Assembly: GCA_964510515.1 (NCBI GenBank)
Contig: CAZEAU010000011.1
Span: 4,712 to 68,711, forward strand
DNA: 64,000 bases
Direction: 5' to 3'
Source of the DNA: an uncultured Actinomycetota bacterium
GTDB taxonomy: Bacteria; Actinomycetota; Geothermincolia; Geothermincolales; RBG-13-55-18
Numbering within the stretch: position 1 is the stretch's first letter; each line of letters begins with the position of its first letter. The notes beneath the pieces are model-generated. The model did not search any database. It worked only from the letters and a program-made list of their open reading frames with translations, and was not told the origin of the DNA. This document shows positions 41,923-51,970 of the stretch, piece after piece. The position numbers and the translations under genes are program-made.

Positions 41923-42786
41923 TCAGGTCCCCAGCTCCCGCTTCACCAGGGAGCGGTAGGCGGCGGCGAGCCGCAGGGTGATGGGGCCGGGGCATGCGTT
42001 CCCGATGGGCGCGCCCTCGACCTCGCGCACCGGGACCAGCTCTCCGGTGCTCACGCTGAGGAAGGCCTCGTCGGCCCGCAGGAGGTCCGCGAGGGTGAAG
42101 AGCCCGGCCTCGCAGCGCAGGGCACATTCCTCGCACAGCTCCATGACCGCCGCGCGGGTGATGCCGGGCAGCAGGCCGCATTCCACATGCGGGGTCGCCA
42201 GCTCCCCGCCTCGCATCATGAAGAGGTTGGAGGAGGTGGCCTCCGCCAGCAGGCCGCGGGTATTGAGGAGCAGCGCGTCGTCGGCGCCCCTGTCCCTGGC
42301 CTCCTGCCTGGCCATGAGGTTATCGAGGTAATTGGTGCTCTTGATGCGGGAGAGAGGGGAGCCGTCGTTGGCGCGCACGGCGGAGACGATAAGGTTTATG
42401 CCGCGCTCGTACCACTCCCGGGGGAAGGGAGAGAAGGGCTTGACCACGATGTGCACATTGGGGGGACCGGGCCTCTCCAGGCCGCGACTTTCGCCCTGCC
42501 GCCCGCCGCTGAGCGTGATGCGGATATAGGCATCGCCGCTGCCCACGTTGAGGCGGTAGAGCTCTTGCACCGCCTCCGCGACCTCCGCGTCCGGCGGCGG
42601 GCCCTCCATCCTCAGCTCGCGGCAACCCTCCCTCAGGCGCGCGAGGTGGCGGTCCATGCGGAACGGCCTGCCGCCGTAGGCCCTCACCGTCTCGAAGACG
42701 CCGTCTCCGAAGAGCACTCCGCGGTCGGCGGCGGGGAGCAGGGCCTCGTCCTCGCCCATCACCTTGCCGTTCAAGTAAACTTTCAT
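41923..42786 (-). CDS. pabC: Class IV aminotransferase / 4-amino-4-deoxychorismate lyase
   Basis: DRG..FGDGVFET, H..RL, IKSTNY, EATSSNLF, LPGITR, ADEAFL. Confidence 0.75.
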   Translation of the reverse strand: MKVYLNGKVMGEDEALLPAADRGVLFGDGVFETVRAYGGRPFRMDRHLARLREGCRELRMEGPPPDAEVAEAVQELYRLNVGSGDAYIRITLSGGRQGESRGLERPGPPNVHIVVKPFSPFPREWYERGINLIVSAVRANDGSPLSRIKSTNYLDNLMARQEARDRGADDALLLNTRGLLAEATSSNLFMMRGGELATPHVECGLLPGITRAAVMELCEECALRCEAGLFTLADLLRADEAFLSVSTGELVPVREVEGAPIGNACPGPITLRLAAAYRSLVKRELGT

Positions 42787-42900
42787 GCTCGTCCTCCCCG
42801 GCCCCGTGGAGCAAGCCCGGGCCGCGCGCCGTCCGCGCCCGGAGCCATGCCCCTCCCGCGGGAAGCGGCGAGTTCGAGTTCCCGCCCGCGGCCGTGGCGG

Positions 42901-43104
42901 CTAGCGCATGCCCAGCACGAGCACGGCGCCGCCGCCGGCGCAGAGGAGAACGGCGGCCGCGATGACCACCGCGCGGATCACCCTCGCGTCGCGCAGGCCT
43001 CTGCCGCCCTCGCGGGAGAACTCCTGCAGCCGGGTGCGCATGCAGAGGAGTATCGCCCCCCAGGCGATGCCGACGGCCCCGATGATCACCGCCTCCCGTT
43101 CCAT
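42901..43104 (-). CDS. Small two-TM membrane protein
   Basis: 67 aa with two hydrophobic helices; fills an otherwise empty interval. Confidence 0.6.
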   Translation of the reverse strand: MEREAVIIGAVGIAWGAILLCMRTRLQEFSREGGRGLRDARVIRAVVIAAAVLLCAGGGAVLVLGMR

Positions 43105-43257
43105 GACCCGATCATCTCACCGCTTTTACTGCGGGGCAAGGGGCGCCGGCTTCGCGCCGCGCGCATGCGTTCGCCGTCGCTGAAAAAATACTACTTGACT
43201 AAGACTCTTAAGTTGCTTATGTTATATAACATGGTCAATCGAGGAAAGGCGGAGGAG

Positions 43258-44856
43258 ATGATAGGAAAGACCCTCGCCGGCAGGTACCGGGTGACGGAGA
43301 GGCTGTCCTGCGGCACCAACCTGTCCACCTTCATGGCCGTCGATATCGCCTACGGTATGGAGGTGGAGGTGGACGCGCTCGGCGTGCGTGCGGGCGAGTT
43401 CCTCCTCCGCGCCGGTCGCCTGGGCGAGATCATGGACATGGCCCTGCAGGTGAGCGGGCCTCACGTTCTCCCCGTACACTTCTGGGGCGAGGACGCGGAA
43501 GAGGGCCTCACCTACGTGGTGCGGGAGAGGGCGGGAGGCGCTTCCCTCGCCGAGGTCCTCGCATGCACGGCGCGGCTGCCCGCGCGGCAGGTGGTGGAGA
43601 TAACCGCGGCGGCGGTGGAGGTGCTGGCGGAGGCCTATGGCAACAACCTTTTCTACCTCGGCCTCAATCCCCATCAGGTGACCCTGGACGGCAGGGGCGG
43701 CGTGAGGCTTATGCGCGTCGGGTTCGGCTGGATCCTGGAGGAGATGGAGCCGGACCTGGCGGCGAGGGTCTCTCCCTACCGCGCCCCGGAGACGGACGGG
43801 GGCCGGGAGGGCTCGCGCACCTCGGACGTCTATTCGCTGGCGGTGATGATGCGCGAGATGCTGCCCGAGGGAGGGATCAGCGCCAGGCTGGAATCGCTGC
43901 TCGCTACCGCCACCGACCCCATGCCCAGGCGGCGACCCTCCTCCCCGCGGCTGCTCCTGGAGGAACTGGAGTCGGGGGCCAGCGGGGGCGGCGGGGCGTT
44001 GCCCGGAGATGACGGCCCCGGCCCCGCCGCGTCCGAGCGCCGGGAGGGGGGAGGCCTTTCCTTCCCGGCATGCGAAGAGGTATCCCTGCGTGCCGCCCCG
44101 GCGCGGGGGCCGCGCCGGCGTATGCTGCGCAACCTGCTCCTCATCTTCGCGGGGGGCGCGGCGGCCTGGCTGGTCTTCGCCGCCCTGGCGGGCCTTTTCG
44201 GGGGCAGGTCAGGCGGAGAGGAGCCCGCCCCCGCCGCGGTGGAGGAGAGGATCATCCTGCCCGACCTGCAGGGGCTCACCGCCGCCGATGCCGAAGAGGC
44301 CCTGCGGGAACTGGGACTTCGCTGCAGCTCGCGCGAGGCTCCCTCCCGCCTGTGGTCGGCGGGCAGGGTCGCGGCGCATGAGCCGGCCAGGGGCGCGGCG
44401 CTGCGCCCGGGCGACAGCGTATGCCTGGTCATCAGCGCCGGGAACGAGGAAGGCGCGCCCGGCGAGGGCGGCGACATCGATCCCGCGGCCCCGGAGCCCG
44501 CGCCCCCCCCGGAGCAGGAGGAGGCGCTCCGCCCCCGGGGGGCGGAGCTGGCCCCGGCGGCCCGGGAGGCGCCGCCGGCGGCGAAAAACCTGCCCCCGCG
44601 CGCCGTGCCCGCCCTTTCCTCGGCCTGCGGCCCCGCGCCTCTGTACGTCTGCATGGACGGCAGCGCATCCCATGACCCCGACGGAGAGATCGTGCGCTAT
44701 CTCTGGCACTGCGGAGACGGGACGGTCATCGAGGGGGCCCGGGCGCAGCACGTCTACGACCCCGCGGTCATCCCCGCCCGCTTCCTGGTGGTCCTGGAGG
44801 TTTTCGACGCGGGCGGTCTCAGCAGTTCTTCCTCCCTGACCCTGGAGGTGTATTGA
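43258..44856 (+). CDS. PknB-like Ser/Thr kinase-fold protein (predicted pseudokinase) with TM, PASTA and PKD domains
   Basis: MIGKTLAGRY start after GGAGGAG; RAPE and SDVYSL retained; LPDLQGLT..DA...L..LGL (PASTA); DGSAS.DPDG.I..Y.W..GDG (PKD). Confidence 0.85.
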   Translation: MIGKTLAGRYRVTERLSCGTNLSTFMAVDIAYGMEVEVDALGVRAGEFLLRAGRLGEIMDMALQVSGPHVLPVHFWGEDAEEGLTYVVRERAGGASLAEVLACTARLPARQVVEITAAAVEVLAEAYGNNLFYLGLNPHQVTLDGRGGVRLMRVGFGWILEEMEPDLAARVSPYRAPETDGGREGSRTSDVYSLAVMMREMLPEGGISARLESLLATATDPMPRRRPSSPRLLLEELESGASGGGGALPGDDGPGPAASERREGGGLSFPACEEVSLRAAPARGPRRRMLRNLLLIFAGGAAAWLVFAALAGLFGGRSGGEEPAPAAVEERIILPDLQGLTAADAEEALRELGLRCSSREAPSRLWSAGRVAAHEPARGAALRPGDSVCLVISAGNEEGAPGEGGDIDPAAPEPAPPPEQEEALRPRGAELAPAAREAPPAAKNLPPRAVPALSSACGPAPLYVCMDGSASHDPDGEIVRYLWHCGDGTVIEGARAQHVYDPAVIPARFLVVLEVFDAGGLSSSSSLTLEVY

Positions 44857-44899
44857 GACATTTTTCCCCTGGAAGGAGAGCCGCTCCGAGAGGCCGGCG

Positions 44900-46753
44900 A
44901 TGAAGGGCTTCCCGCCCAGGTCCCATGGATCCGGGGGCCGGGAACGGAGCCCGCGGTGGGCGCGGCGCGCATGCGTTCGCCGGGAGGCCGGCTGGAGGGG
45001 CGGAAAGGCACCCTTCACGAGCCGGGCATTCGCCCTACCCCTCCCTATTATCCTCTTCTTGACCCTCCTCATTTTCTCCTTCCAACCGCTGTCCCCCCCG
45101 GCCGTCGCGGCGGGGGGGGCGGCACCCACCTTCGCCTGGCCCGCCGAGGGGGAGGTCACATGCGCCTTCTGCCCGCCGCAGGGCAGGTATGGCCAGGGGG
45201 GACATGCGGGCATCGACATCGCCTTGCCCCGCGGGAGCGGAGTGCGTGCCTCGCGTGAAGGCATCGTCAGTTTCGCGGGGGGCACCCCGGTGGGCATTTG
45301 CGTGAGCGTCGTCCACGACGGGGGCTTCAAGACCACCTATGTCTCTCTTGGCTCGGCGGAGGTGCGCCGCGGTCAGGAGGTGCGCACGGGTCAGCTGCTG
45401 GGCACCAGCGATGGGGCCGGAGACCGCTCCAGCAGCTCACCACATCTGCATTTCGGGATATTCCTCGACGGCGTGGCCATCGACCCCCTGCCGCTCTTGC
45501 AGGGTTGCCTCCTCGACCCCTCGCAATGTCTCTTCCTGGGCCCATGGGAGGACGTTCGGGCCATCGACGCCTACATCGCCCGTCACTCGCAGGGAGGTTT
45601 CTTCGGCCGCCTGGGCCGCGGCGTGAGCGCGGCGGGGAGAGCGGTCGTGAGCGCGTGCAAATCGGTCGCCGGGGCTGCCTGGCGCTGGGCCTGCGGAGCC
45701 TCTCGCGCGGCGGGAAAGGCTCTCGCCGCCTTTTATCGCACCTGCATCGAGCCTTGGCTCTCTCCGCTGTGCCGGGGCGCTCTCGCGGCGGCGAGGGCGC
45801 TGCTTTCCAACCGCTACGTGCAGGCGCTCCTCGCCGGGCTGGCCGCGGCGGCAGTGGTATGCCTGGCGGTGGCGGGCATCGCCCTGCTCTTCAGCCTTTC
45901 CCTCCTCACCACCGTCGTCTCCGCCGTGGTCGGCGCGCTGGCGGCCGTCGCCTACAGCATCTACTATGCCTTCGCCGCGGGGGATTCCTTCACCTGCGGG
46001 GGCTGTTTCCTGGCCTCGCTCAGCGTGGGGGCCGCGGCGGCGGGGACCAGCCTGCTGCTCTCCTGCCTGGCCCCCCTCGTCGGCTCCGGGTGGCGCAGCC
46101 TGGGCTGGCTCGGTTTCGGGAAGGCTTTCCTGGTGAACGCCGCCGCCGACTCCATCGTATACATCTCCTTCTGCCTGCTCACGGGCAGGGAGGTCTCCCC
46201 CCTGGGGGTGGTGGCCACCTTCCTCTTGGGCGGCGCGAGCGGGGGCATCGGCAAGCTGGTGACCACCGGCCTCCTCGCCCAAGGGGCGGGACAGGCCCTG
46301 GCGGTGGGCTGGTTGTCGGCGGGGGGGGCGGCGCTCGCCGGGCGCGGGCTCTCCACCCTCTCCTTCCTGGCGCGCTCGGCGCTCTCGCGCTTCAGCGGCA
46401 GGGCCGCGTACGTGCTCTTCTGCGGTTGCGCCGGCCTTCTGGGCGACGCCATCGTGCGCGCGGTGAGCGGCTCCCTGCCCTCCCTTGCCGAATCGCTGCT
46501 CTGCTTCGGGGGCGGTTGCCTGGCCGGGGCGGTGAGCCTGGCGGGGAGGGGAGAGGGGGTCGCGGGGATAGCCTCGCGCCTGAGCCGGGGGAGGATGAAG
46601 GTGAACAGCGAATTTTTGCGGGCGCTTGCGGGCAAGTCGTTTTCGCAGGGGTTGAAGGAGGGAAGCTCGCGCCTGCTACGCCTGCTCAGGCGCGGCGACG
46701 ATGGCCGGCGGGAGGTCCGCTGGCATTTCTACACTGGAGGTGAGATGCGGTGA
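44900..46753 (+). CDS. M23 family metallopeptidase with a long hydrophobic C-terminal region
   Basis: HAGID (HxxxD) and PHLHF (HxH) motifs, followed by multiple Gly/Ala-rich hydrophobic helices. Start codon uncertain. Confidence 0.8.
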   Translation: MKGFPPRSHGSGGRERSPRWARRACVRREAGWRGGKAPFTSRAFALPLPIILFLTLLIFSFQPLSPPAVAAGGAAPTFAWPAEGEVTCAFCPPQGRYGQGGHAGIDIALPRGSGVRASREGIVSFAGGTPVGICVSVVHDGGFKTTYVSLGSAEVRRGQEVRTGQLLGTSDGAGDRSSSSPHLHFGIFLDGVAIDPLPLLQGCLLDPSQCLFLGPWEDVRAIDAYIARHSQGGFFGRLGRGVSAAGRAVVSACKSVAGAAWRWACGASRAAGKALAAFYRTCIEPWLSPLCRGALAAARALLSNRYVQALLAGLAAAAVVCLAVAGIALLFSLSLLTTVVSAVVGALAAVAYSIYYAFAAGDSFTCGGCFLASLSVGAAAAGTSLLLSCLAPLVGSGWRSLGWLGFGKAFLVNAAADSIVYISFCLLTGREVSPLGVVATFLLGGASGGIGKLVTTGLLAQGAGQALAVGWLSAGGAALAGRGLSTLSFLARSALSRFSGRAAYVLFCGCAGLLGDAIVRAVSGSLPSLAESLLCFGGGCLAGAVSLAGRGEGVAGIASRLSRGRMKVNSEFLRALAGKSFSQGLKEGSSRLLRLLRRGDDGRREVRWHFYTGGEMR

Positions 46754-47037
46754 AAGACGTCATGCCCAGCTGGCCTCAGACCTCTGCCATCTGCGCTTTC
46801 GCCATGCTCTTCATCGCCTGCGGCTTCTTGCTCAGCCGCATGCGGGATAGCTGGGGGCCGGCGGCGTGGGCGCTGCTGGCATTGCTCCTGCTCTGCGGGG
46901 CGGGGTTTATGGTGACCGTCTTCCTCTTCTACCTCCGCCCCCAATACGGCCCCCGGGCCCTGCCGGCCGCGCTGGCTTTGCTCTGTGCGCATATTGCCCT
47001 GGTGGCGCTGCTGCGCGCGATAGGGGTCATCGGCTAG
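46750..47037 (+). CDS. Small three-TM membrane protein
   Basis: GTGA overlap with the M23 gene; three hydrophobic segments. Confidence 0.65.
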   Translation: MKDVMPSWPQTSAICAFAMLFIACGFLLSRMRDSWGPAAWALLALLLLCGAGFMVTVFLFYLRPQYGPRALPAALALLCAHIALVALLRAIGVIG

Positions 47038-47046
47038 GCGGCGGGC

Positions 47047-47532
47047 TCAGGAGGCCTCTCGGTGTGGGGGCCGCGCCACCCGCCGGGGGCGCAGGGCGCC
47101 GGAGCGTGGAGGCAGGATGGGGACGATGATGGTCAAGCCCCAGAAGAGGACGAGCATGCCGCAGGCTGCGGTGAAGGCGATCAGGCACCACGCCCGGCCG
47201 CTCAGCAGCGCCGCCGTGCCCCAGAATACGGAGAGGACGGTAAGTGACGCCAGGACGCGATTCCTCCTCACCGCCGCGCGCCTCCGGCCGGCGCCCAGCC
47301 CTCCCCTCGCATGCCCCCCGGCGGGGCGGGCGTCCCCCTCCGCCTCCCTCCCGCCGGCGTCGTGTCCCCCGCAGGCGGGGACGGGGTCGATGGAGTTGGA
47401 GATCTCCTGCATGCACCGCTGGAAGCTCTGGGTGGTGGCCAGGGGCGACTCGTCCAATTTCCCCCTGATGATGGGAGGGACGATGGCCAGCATGGCAATC
47501 AAGCCGAGCAGGAGCAGGGCCAGTATCTCCAA
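47047..47532 (-). CDS. Hypothetical membrane protein
   Basis: N-terminal TM, ...RRRAA.RRNRVL, then two TM helices. Confidence 0.65.
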   Translation of the reverse strand: MEILALLLLGLIAMLAIVPPIIRGKLDESPLATTQSFQRCMQEISNSIDPVPACGGHDAGGREAEGDARPAGGHARGGLGAGRRRAAVRRNRVLASLTVLSVFWGTAALLSGRAWCLIAFTAACGMLVLFWGLTIIVPILPPRSGALRPRRVARPPHREAS

Positions 47533-47729
47533 GCCGTTCCCCCCTGCGTTCCGGGTCTTCGCTCTTCCCGTGAGGAGCGAAACGCTACATATGGTTTATC
47601 CGCGCACAAGCCTCACTCTATATGATGTATTTCCACCCCTTCCCGCATTCTCCTTCAAGCACCTCGATATTTCTTATCGCGGGGTTTGGTGGGGGCGCTG
47701 GCGCCGGGGGCGGTTATAATGTCATTGGC

Positions 47730-49160
47730 ATGAAAAACCCCGGGGAAGAGCGCATATACACCGTCGCCGAGGCCAACCGCCTGGCGGACAACCGCCTGCA
47801 GGGCCCGCCCCTGTGGGTCGAGGGCGAGGTCGGCAACCTGCGCCCTTATCCCAACTACTCCTTCTTCAGCCTCTCCGACCCCGAAGCCTCTTTGTCCTGC
47901 ATCATCTTCGCGGACGCCATGCGCGAGGCGGCATGCGAGCTGCGGGAGGGCATGGGGGTGCTGGCGCGCGGGCGCCTGGGCGTTTACGTGCGCAGGGGAC
48001 AGTACCGGCTCAACGTGGTGGAGGTGCTGGAGTCGGGCGAGGGGCATCTGCGCAGGGACTTCCTGCTGCTCATGCGCAAGCTGTCGGGAGAAGGCCTCTT
48101 CGCCGAGGAGGTCAAGAGGCCCCTGCCCGCCTATGCGGAGACGGTGGGCTTGATAACCTCCCTGCGGGGAGCGGCGGTGAGGGACGTGGTCACCAACTGC
48201 ACGCGCCGCTTCGCCGCCTCGCGCCTCGTCGTGCGCGGCGTCCGCGTGCAGGGGGAGGAGGCCGCGGGGAGCGTCGTGGAGGCCATCGAGCTCTTCAACC
48301 GCGCCTTTCCGGTGGACGTGCTCATCCTGGCCAGGGGGGGAGGCTCCGCGGAGGACCTGCAGGCCTTCAACCGCGAGGAGGTGGTGCGGGCGATACGGGC
48401 CTCCTCCATCCCCGTGGTCACCGGCGTGGGGCACGAACTGGACATCACCCTCGCCGACCTGGCCGCGGATTTTCGCGCCAGCACGCCCACCGGGGCGGCG
48501 GAGGCGGTGGTGCCGGATGCCTCGCAGGTGCTTTCCCTGCTGCGCGAACGCGAGGTCTCCTTGGCGGCCGCCCTGCGGCGGCGCCTGCACCACCTGGAAA
48601 GGGGCCTGGGCGGGCTGGAGAAGAGGCGCTGCTTCACCGATCCCGCCGCGCTGGTCGGACAGGCCATGCAGCGCCTGGCGGACGGAGAGGAGCGCCTGCT
48701 CGCCGCCGTGCTGCAGGCGGTGCAGGCGGGGGAACGGGGAGTGGCCACGGTGGCGCTGTCCCTGGCCCGCTACCCGCACATGTACAGGGAGCTGCCGCAC
48801 AGGATAGAGTCGGCCGCGGACAAGCTCGCCGCCGCGGCGGGAGCATTCCTCAGGCTGAGGGGGATGGAGCCCGAGGGGCAGTGGAGGGAGCTGCGCTCTC
48901 GTGCGCTGGCCATGCGGGCGCGCGAGGAGGGGCGGCTGCGCGCTGCCGCCTCGCGCCTGGAGGCCCTGAGCCCGCTGGCGGTGCTGGCACGCGGGTACGC
49001 CATCGCGACCAGGGCGGGGGAGGCCAGGCCGCTGACGGACGGCGCGGAGGTGAGCGAGGGGGAGATGGTCGATGTCCGACTGCACCGCGGCGCTCTGCGC
49101 TGCGAGGTCCTGGGGGTGGAGCATGGCAGGGAGGGAGATGGGGGCGGCGCCGGCGAATGA
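47730..49160 (+). CDS. xseA: Exodeoxyribonuclease VII large subunit
   Basis: WVEGEV.N, G.Y.L.V, ARGGGS.EDL..FN.E, GVGHE.D.T..D..AD.RA.TPT, L.RGY. ATG 47730 lies 9 nt after TATAAT. Confidence 0.95.
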   Translation: MKNPGEERIYTVAEANRLADNRLQGPPLWVEGEVGNLRPYPNYSFFSLSDPEASLSCIIFADAMREAACELREGMGVLARGRLGVYVRRGQYRLNVVEVLESGEGHLRRDFLLLMRKLSGEGLFAEEVKRPLPAYAETVGLITSLRGAAVRDVVTNCTRRFAASRLVVRGVRVQGEEAAGSVVEAIELFNRAFPVDVLILARGGGSAEDLQAFNREEVVRAIRASSIPVVTGVGHELDITLADLAADFRASTPTGAAEAVVPDASQVLSLLREREVSLAAALRRRLHHLERGLGGLEKRRCFTDPAALVGQAMQRLADGEERLLAAVLQAVQAGERGVATVALSLARYPHMYRELPHRIESAADKLAAAAGAFLRLRGMEPEGQWRELRSRALAMRAREEGRLRAAASRLEALSPLAVLARGYAIATRAGEARPLTDGAEVSEGEMVDVRLHRGALRCEVLGVEHGREGDGGGAGE

Positions 49161-49229
49161 CGGCGGGCGCTCCTGCGGGGCGGACCGCCGGGGCGGGGGG
49201 CCCGAGGCGGCGCGAAAGGAGGCGACGGG

Positions 49230-49475
49230 GTGAGCGAGATGACCTTCCGGGAGATGATGGCGAGGCTGGAGGGGATAACCTCCGTGCTGGAGAAGGAGGA
49301 CCTGGAGCTGGAGGAGGGCCTGCGCCTCTTCGAGGAAGGGGTGGGCCTGATCCGCGAGGCCAGACGGCGGCTCTCCGCGGCCGGCTCGAGGGTGGAGGTG
49401 CTCATCGGCTCCATGGAGGAAGGCCTGCGCACCGAGGACTTCGAGCCGGAGGAACCGGCATCGCAGGGGGGATGA
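49230..49475 (+). CDS. xseB: Exodeoxyribonuclease VII small subunit
   Basis: TF.E.M..LE.I...LE...L.LEE.L..FEEG..L...R..L. Confidence 0.93.
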   Translation: MSEMTFREMMARLEGITSVLEKEDLELEEGLRLFEEGVGLIREARRRLSAAGSRVEVLIGSMEEGLRTEDFEPEEPASQGG

Positions 49476-49632
49476 GGGTTTGCGCGGCGGCGGCACGCCT
49501 GTGGCGCGGAGGAAAGATGCGGCGCGTCCCCTGGGCCTCGGCTCGCTCGGGGTCATATAATATGGCCTGAGCGCGCGGCGGCGGTGAGGCCAGGCCGGAA
49601 CCGGCCGTGGTCAAGGAGCGTCTTATCGGCAC

Positions 49633-50982
49633 ATGAAAAGACAAGAGAGGCTCAAGAAGCGCAAGCGTAAACGCAGGCAGACCATCATCAAGTCGATCCT
49701 GGCCCTGGTGCTGGTCACCGGCCTGGTCGTGGGCATCATGAACTTCGATGCCATGAAGACCTGGGCGGGCAAGCATTATTTCCGCATGCGCTGGGTCAAG
49801 ACCTCCATGGACGAGGAGAGGGTGGCGGAACTCGCGCCCCTGCTCACCCGCTATGACCTCTCCAAGAACATCAACGTGCTCTTCATCGGCATCGACAAGG
49901 GCAGCGTCCCCGGGGAGGAGGGCAATACCCGCTCGGACGTGATGATCCTGGCCTCGGTAAACGTGGAGAATAAAAAGGCCGTGCTCGTCTCCTTCCCCCG
50001 CGATACCCGGGTGAATATCCCCGGGTACGGCACGGAGAAGATAAACGCCGCCCACTCCTTCGAGGGGCCCGCGGGGGCGGTGAAGGTGGTGGAGCAGGTC
50101 TCCGGCGTGGACGTCAACGACTACGCCGAGGTGGACTTCGAGGCCTTCAAGAACATCGTGGACGCCATCGGCGGGGTCACGCTTCACCTCGACTACCCCA
50201 TCTCCGATCCCAAGGTGGGGTATCTTCCCAAGGGGGACGTGTACCTCACCGGGGAGACCGGCCTCATCCTGGTGAGGAGCCGCGCTCTGCCGCGCGGTGA
50301 CCTCGACCGTATCGACAACCAGAAAAAGTTCCTCAAGGCTATGATGGAGAAACTGGTGGAGATCAAGGACCTGCAGGCCTTGCTCAAGGTGCTCGATGCC
50401 ACGGTGAGATACCTCAAGACCACCCTGGAACCCGATCTCATCTTCGCGCTGGCGGAAGCCCTGCAGGGCATGCAGGTGGAGGACGTGGAGTTCGTCACCC
50501 TGCCCGGAGACGAGCCGAGCCCGGCGCCCGGCCAGCCCTGGTATTACGTCCACGACCAGGCCGCTACCGCCACCCTTTTCGAGAACATCAGGCTCTACTG
50601 CAGCGCCCGCACCCCGGAGGAGCAGGCGGCGGAGGCGGCGCGGAGGGAGCGGGAGGAGGGCCTGGACGAAGGCGCCGAGCAGGTCGACCGCTCCGGCGTG
50701 GACCTGGCGGTGCTCAACGGCGTGCGCTGGGAGGGCATGGCCGGGCGGGTCGCGGAGATCATGCGGGACAGGGGATACGGGCGCGTGAGCACCGGCAACA
50801 CCGTGAACCCCTATGAGAAGACCACCGTCTATTATGCCCCGGGATACGCCGCGGCGGCCCGCACGGCGGCCCGCGACCTCAAACCCGGCGCCCCCTACGT
50901 CGTCGAGGAGGACGCCGACGTGGCCATCACCCATGATGCCCATGTCGTCCTGGTCATCGGCAAGGACTATGTCGACAACTGA
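49633..50982 (+). CDS. LCP (LytR-CpsA-Psr) family protein with C-terminal LytR_C domain
   Basis: NVLFIG.D, RSD.MIL, S.PRDT.V, KINAA, R.R....D..R..NQ, VLNG...G.A. Confidence 0.92.
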   Translation: MKRQERLKKRKRKRRQTIIKSILALVLVTGLVVGIMNFDAMKTWAGKHYFRMRWVKTSMDEERVAELAPLLTRYDLSKNINVLFIGIDKGSVPGEEGNTRSDVMILASVNVENKKAVLVSFPRDTRVNIPGYGTEKINAAHSFEGPAGAVKVVEQVSGVDVNDYAEVDFEAFKNIVDAIGGVTLHLDYPISDPKVGYLPKGDVYLTGETGLILVRSRALPRGDLDRIDNQKKFLKAMMEKLVEIKDLQALLKVLDATVRYLKTTLEPDLIFALAEALQGMQVEDVEFVTLPGDEPSPAPGQPWYYVHDQAATATLFENIRLYCSARTPEEQAAEAARREREEGLDEGAEQVDRSGVDLAVLNGVRWEGMAGRVAEIMRDRGYGRVSTGNTVNPYEKTTVYYAPGYAAAARTAARDLKPGAPYVVEEDADVAITHDAHVVLVIGKDYVDN

Positions 50983-51064
50983 CCCGCCCGCGGCCTCGGC
51001 CGCACCCCTGTCTTGCCGTGGGATATAATCTGCGCAGATATCGTGCACGAGCAAGGGAAGGCGG

Positions 51065-51970
51065 ATGAAACGGGGGTATCTTCTCATCCTGGGGGCTATC
51101 GCCCTCTTCAGCAGCGTCGAGGTGGTTGCCAAATATCTCCAGGCGGGGGAGGGTGCCGCGGGGCGGGTCGGCCCCCTGCAGGTGGCGACGCTGCGGTTTC
51201 TCTTCGGGGCGGCCTTTGTCCTCGTCCTGCTGCTGGGGCGGCGGCAGGGGGGGTTCGTCGCGGCGGCAAGGGAGGACGGTCTGGCCATCGTCTTGCTGGG
51301 CGCGGTGGGCGTGTTTCTAACCTTCTTCCTCCTCCACGAGGGCATCGAAGCGGCCAGCGCCTCCACGGCGGCGGTGGTATTCTCCATGAACCCCGTGTTC
51401 ACCGTGCTCATCGCGACCGCCATCCTGCGCGAACGCCTGGGGCTCATGGGCTGGTTGGGGGTGGGGATCGGGCTCGTCGGCGCTTTCGCGGCGGTCACCG
51501 GCTTCCGCTTCGCGGGGCTCTTCTCGCGGGGGGACTTCAGGGGGGGCGTGCTCGTGCTCATCTCCGCCTTTACCTGGTCTCTGTACACCGTTTACGGCAA
51601 GAGGTACTCCGAGCGCTACGGCAGCCTCACCCTCTCCCTCCTGACCATGTCCTGCGGCTCGCTCCTGCTGGCGGCGCTGCTCGCCTGCCGCGGGGGCTGG
51701 GGGGAGGTGGCGGCCTACGGCGCGCGGGCCTGGGTCTGGCTGCTCTACCTGGGGGTGGTCACCGTGGGCATCGGCTACATCCTCTACTTCGAGGGCATGC
51801 GGCGCGTCCCCGCCTCGCGCGGGGCGAGCCTTTTCTACCTCAAGCCGGTGCTGGCCCTGCTCTTAGCCCATCTCGCGCTGGGGGAGCCCATCTCTTACGC
51901 CCTCCTTCTCGCCGCGCTCCTGGTGGCCTCGGGGGTCTTGCTGGTGACCTTCCCGCGCGCCCGCCCGTGA
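51065..51970 (+). CDS. DMT/EamA family transporter
   Basis: About ten TM helices; LRF, PVF, ERL. Confidence 0.9.
   Translation: MKRGYLLILGAIALFSSVEVVAKYLQAGEGAAGRVGPLQVATLRFLFGAAFVLVLLLGRRQGGFVAAAREDGLAIVLLGAVGVFLTFFLLHEGIEAASASTAAVVFSMNPVFTVLIATAILRERLGLMGWLGVGIGLVGAFAAVTGFRFAGLFSRGDFRGGVLVLISAFTWSLYTVYGKRYSERYGSLTLSLLTMSCGSLLLAALLACRGGWGEVAAYGARAWVWLLYLGVVTVGIGYILYFEGMRRVPASRGASLFYLKPVLALLLAHLALGEPISYALLLAALLVASGVLLVTFPRARP

Noticed and set aside
40684-43257. Apparent 1390-aa ORF (40684-44856)
   Set aside because: The first ~858 codons are antisense to the ABC ATPase and pabC genes. Only the part from ATG 43258 (strong SD, kinase fold) is a credible protein.
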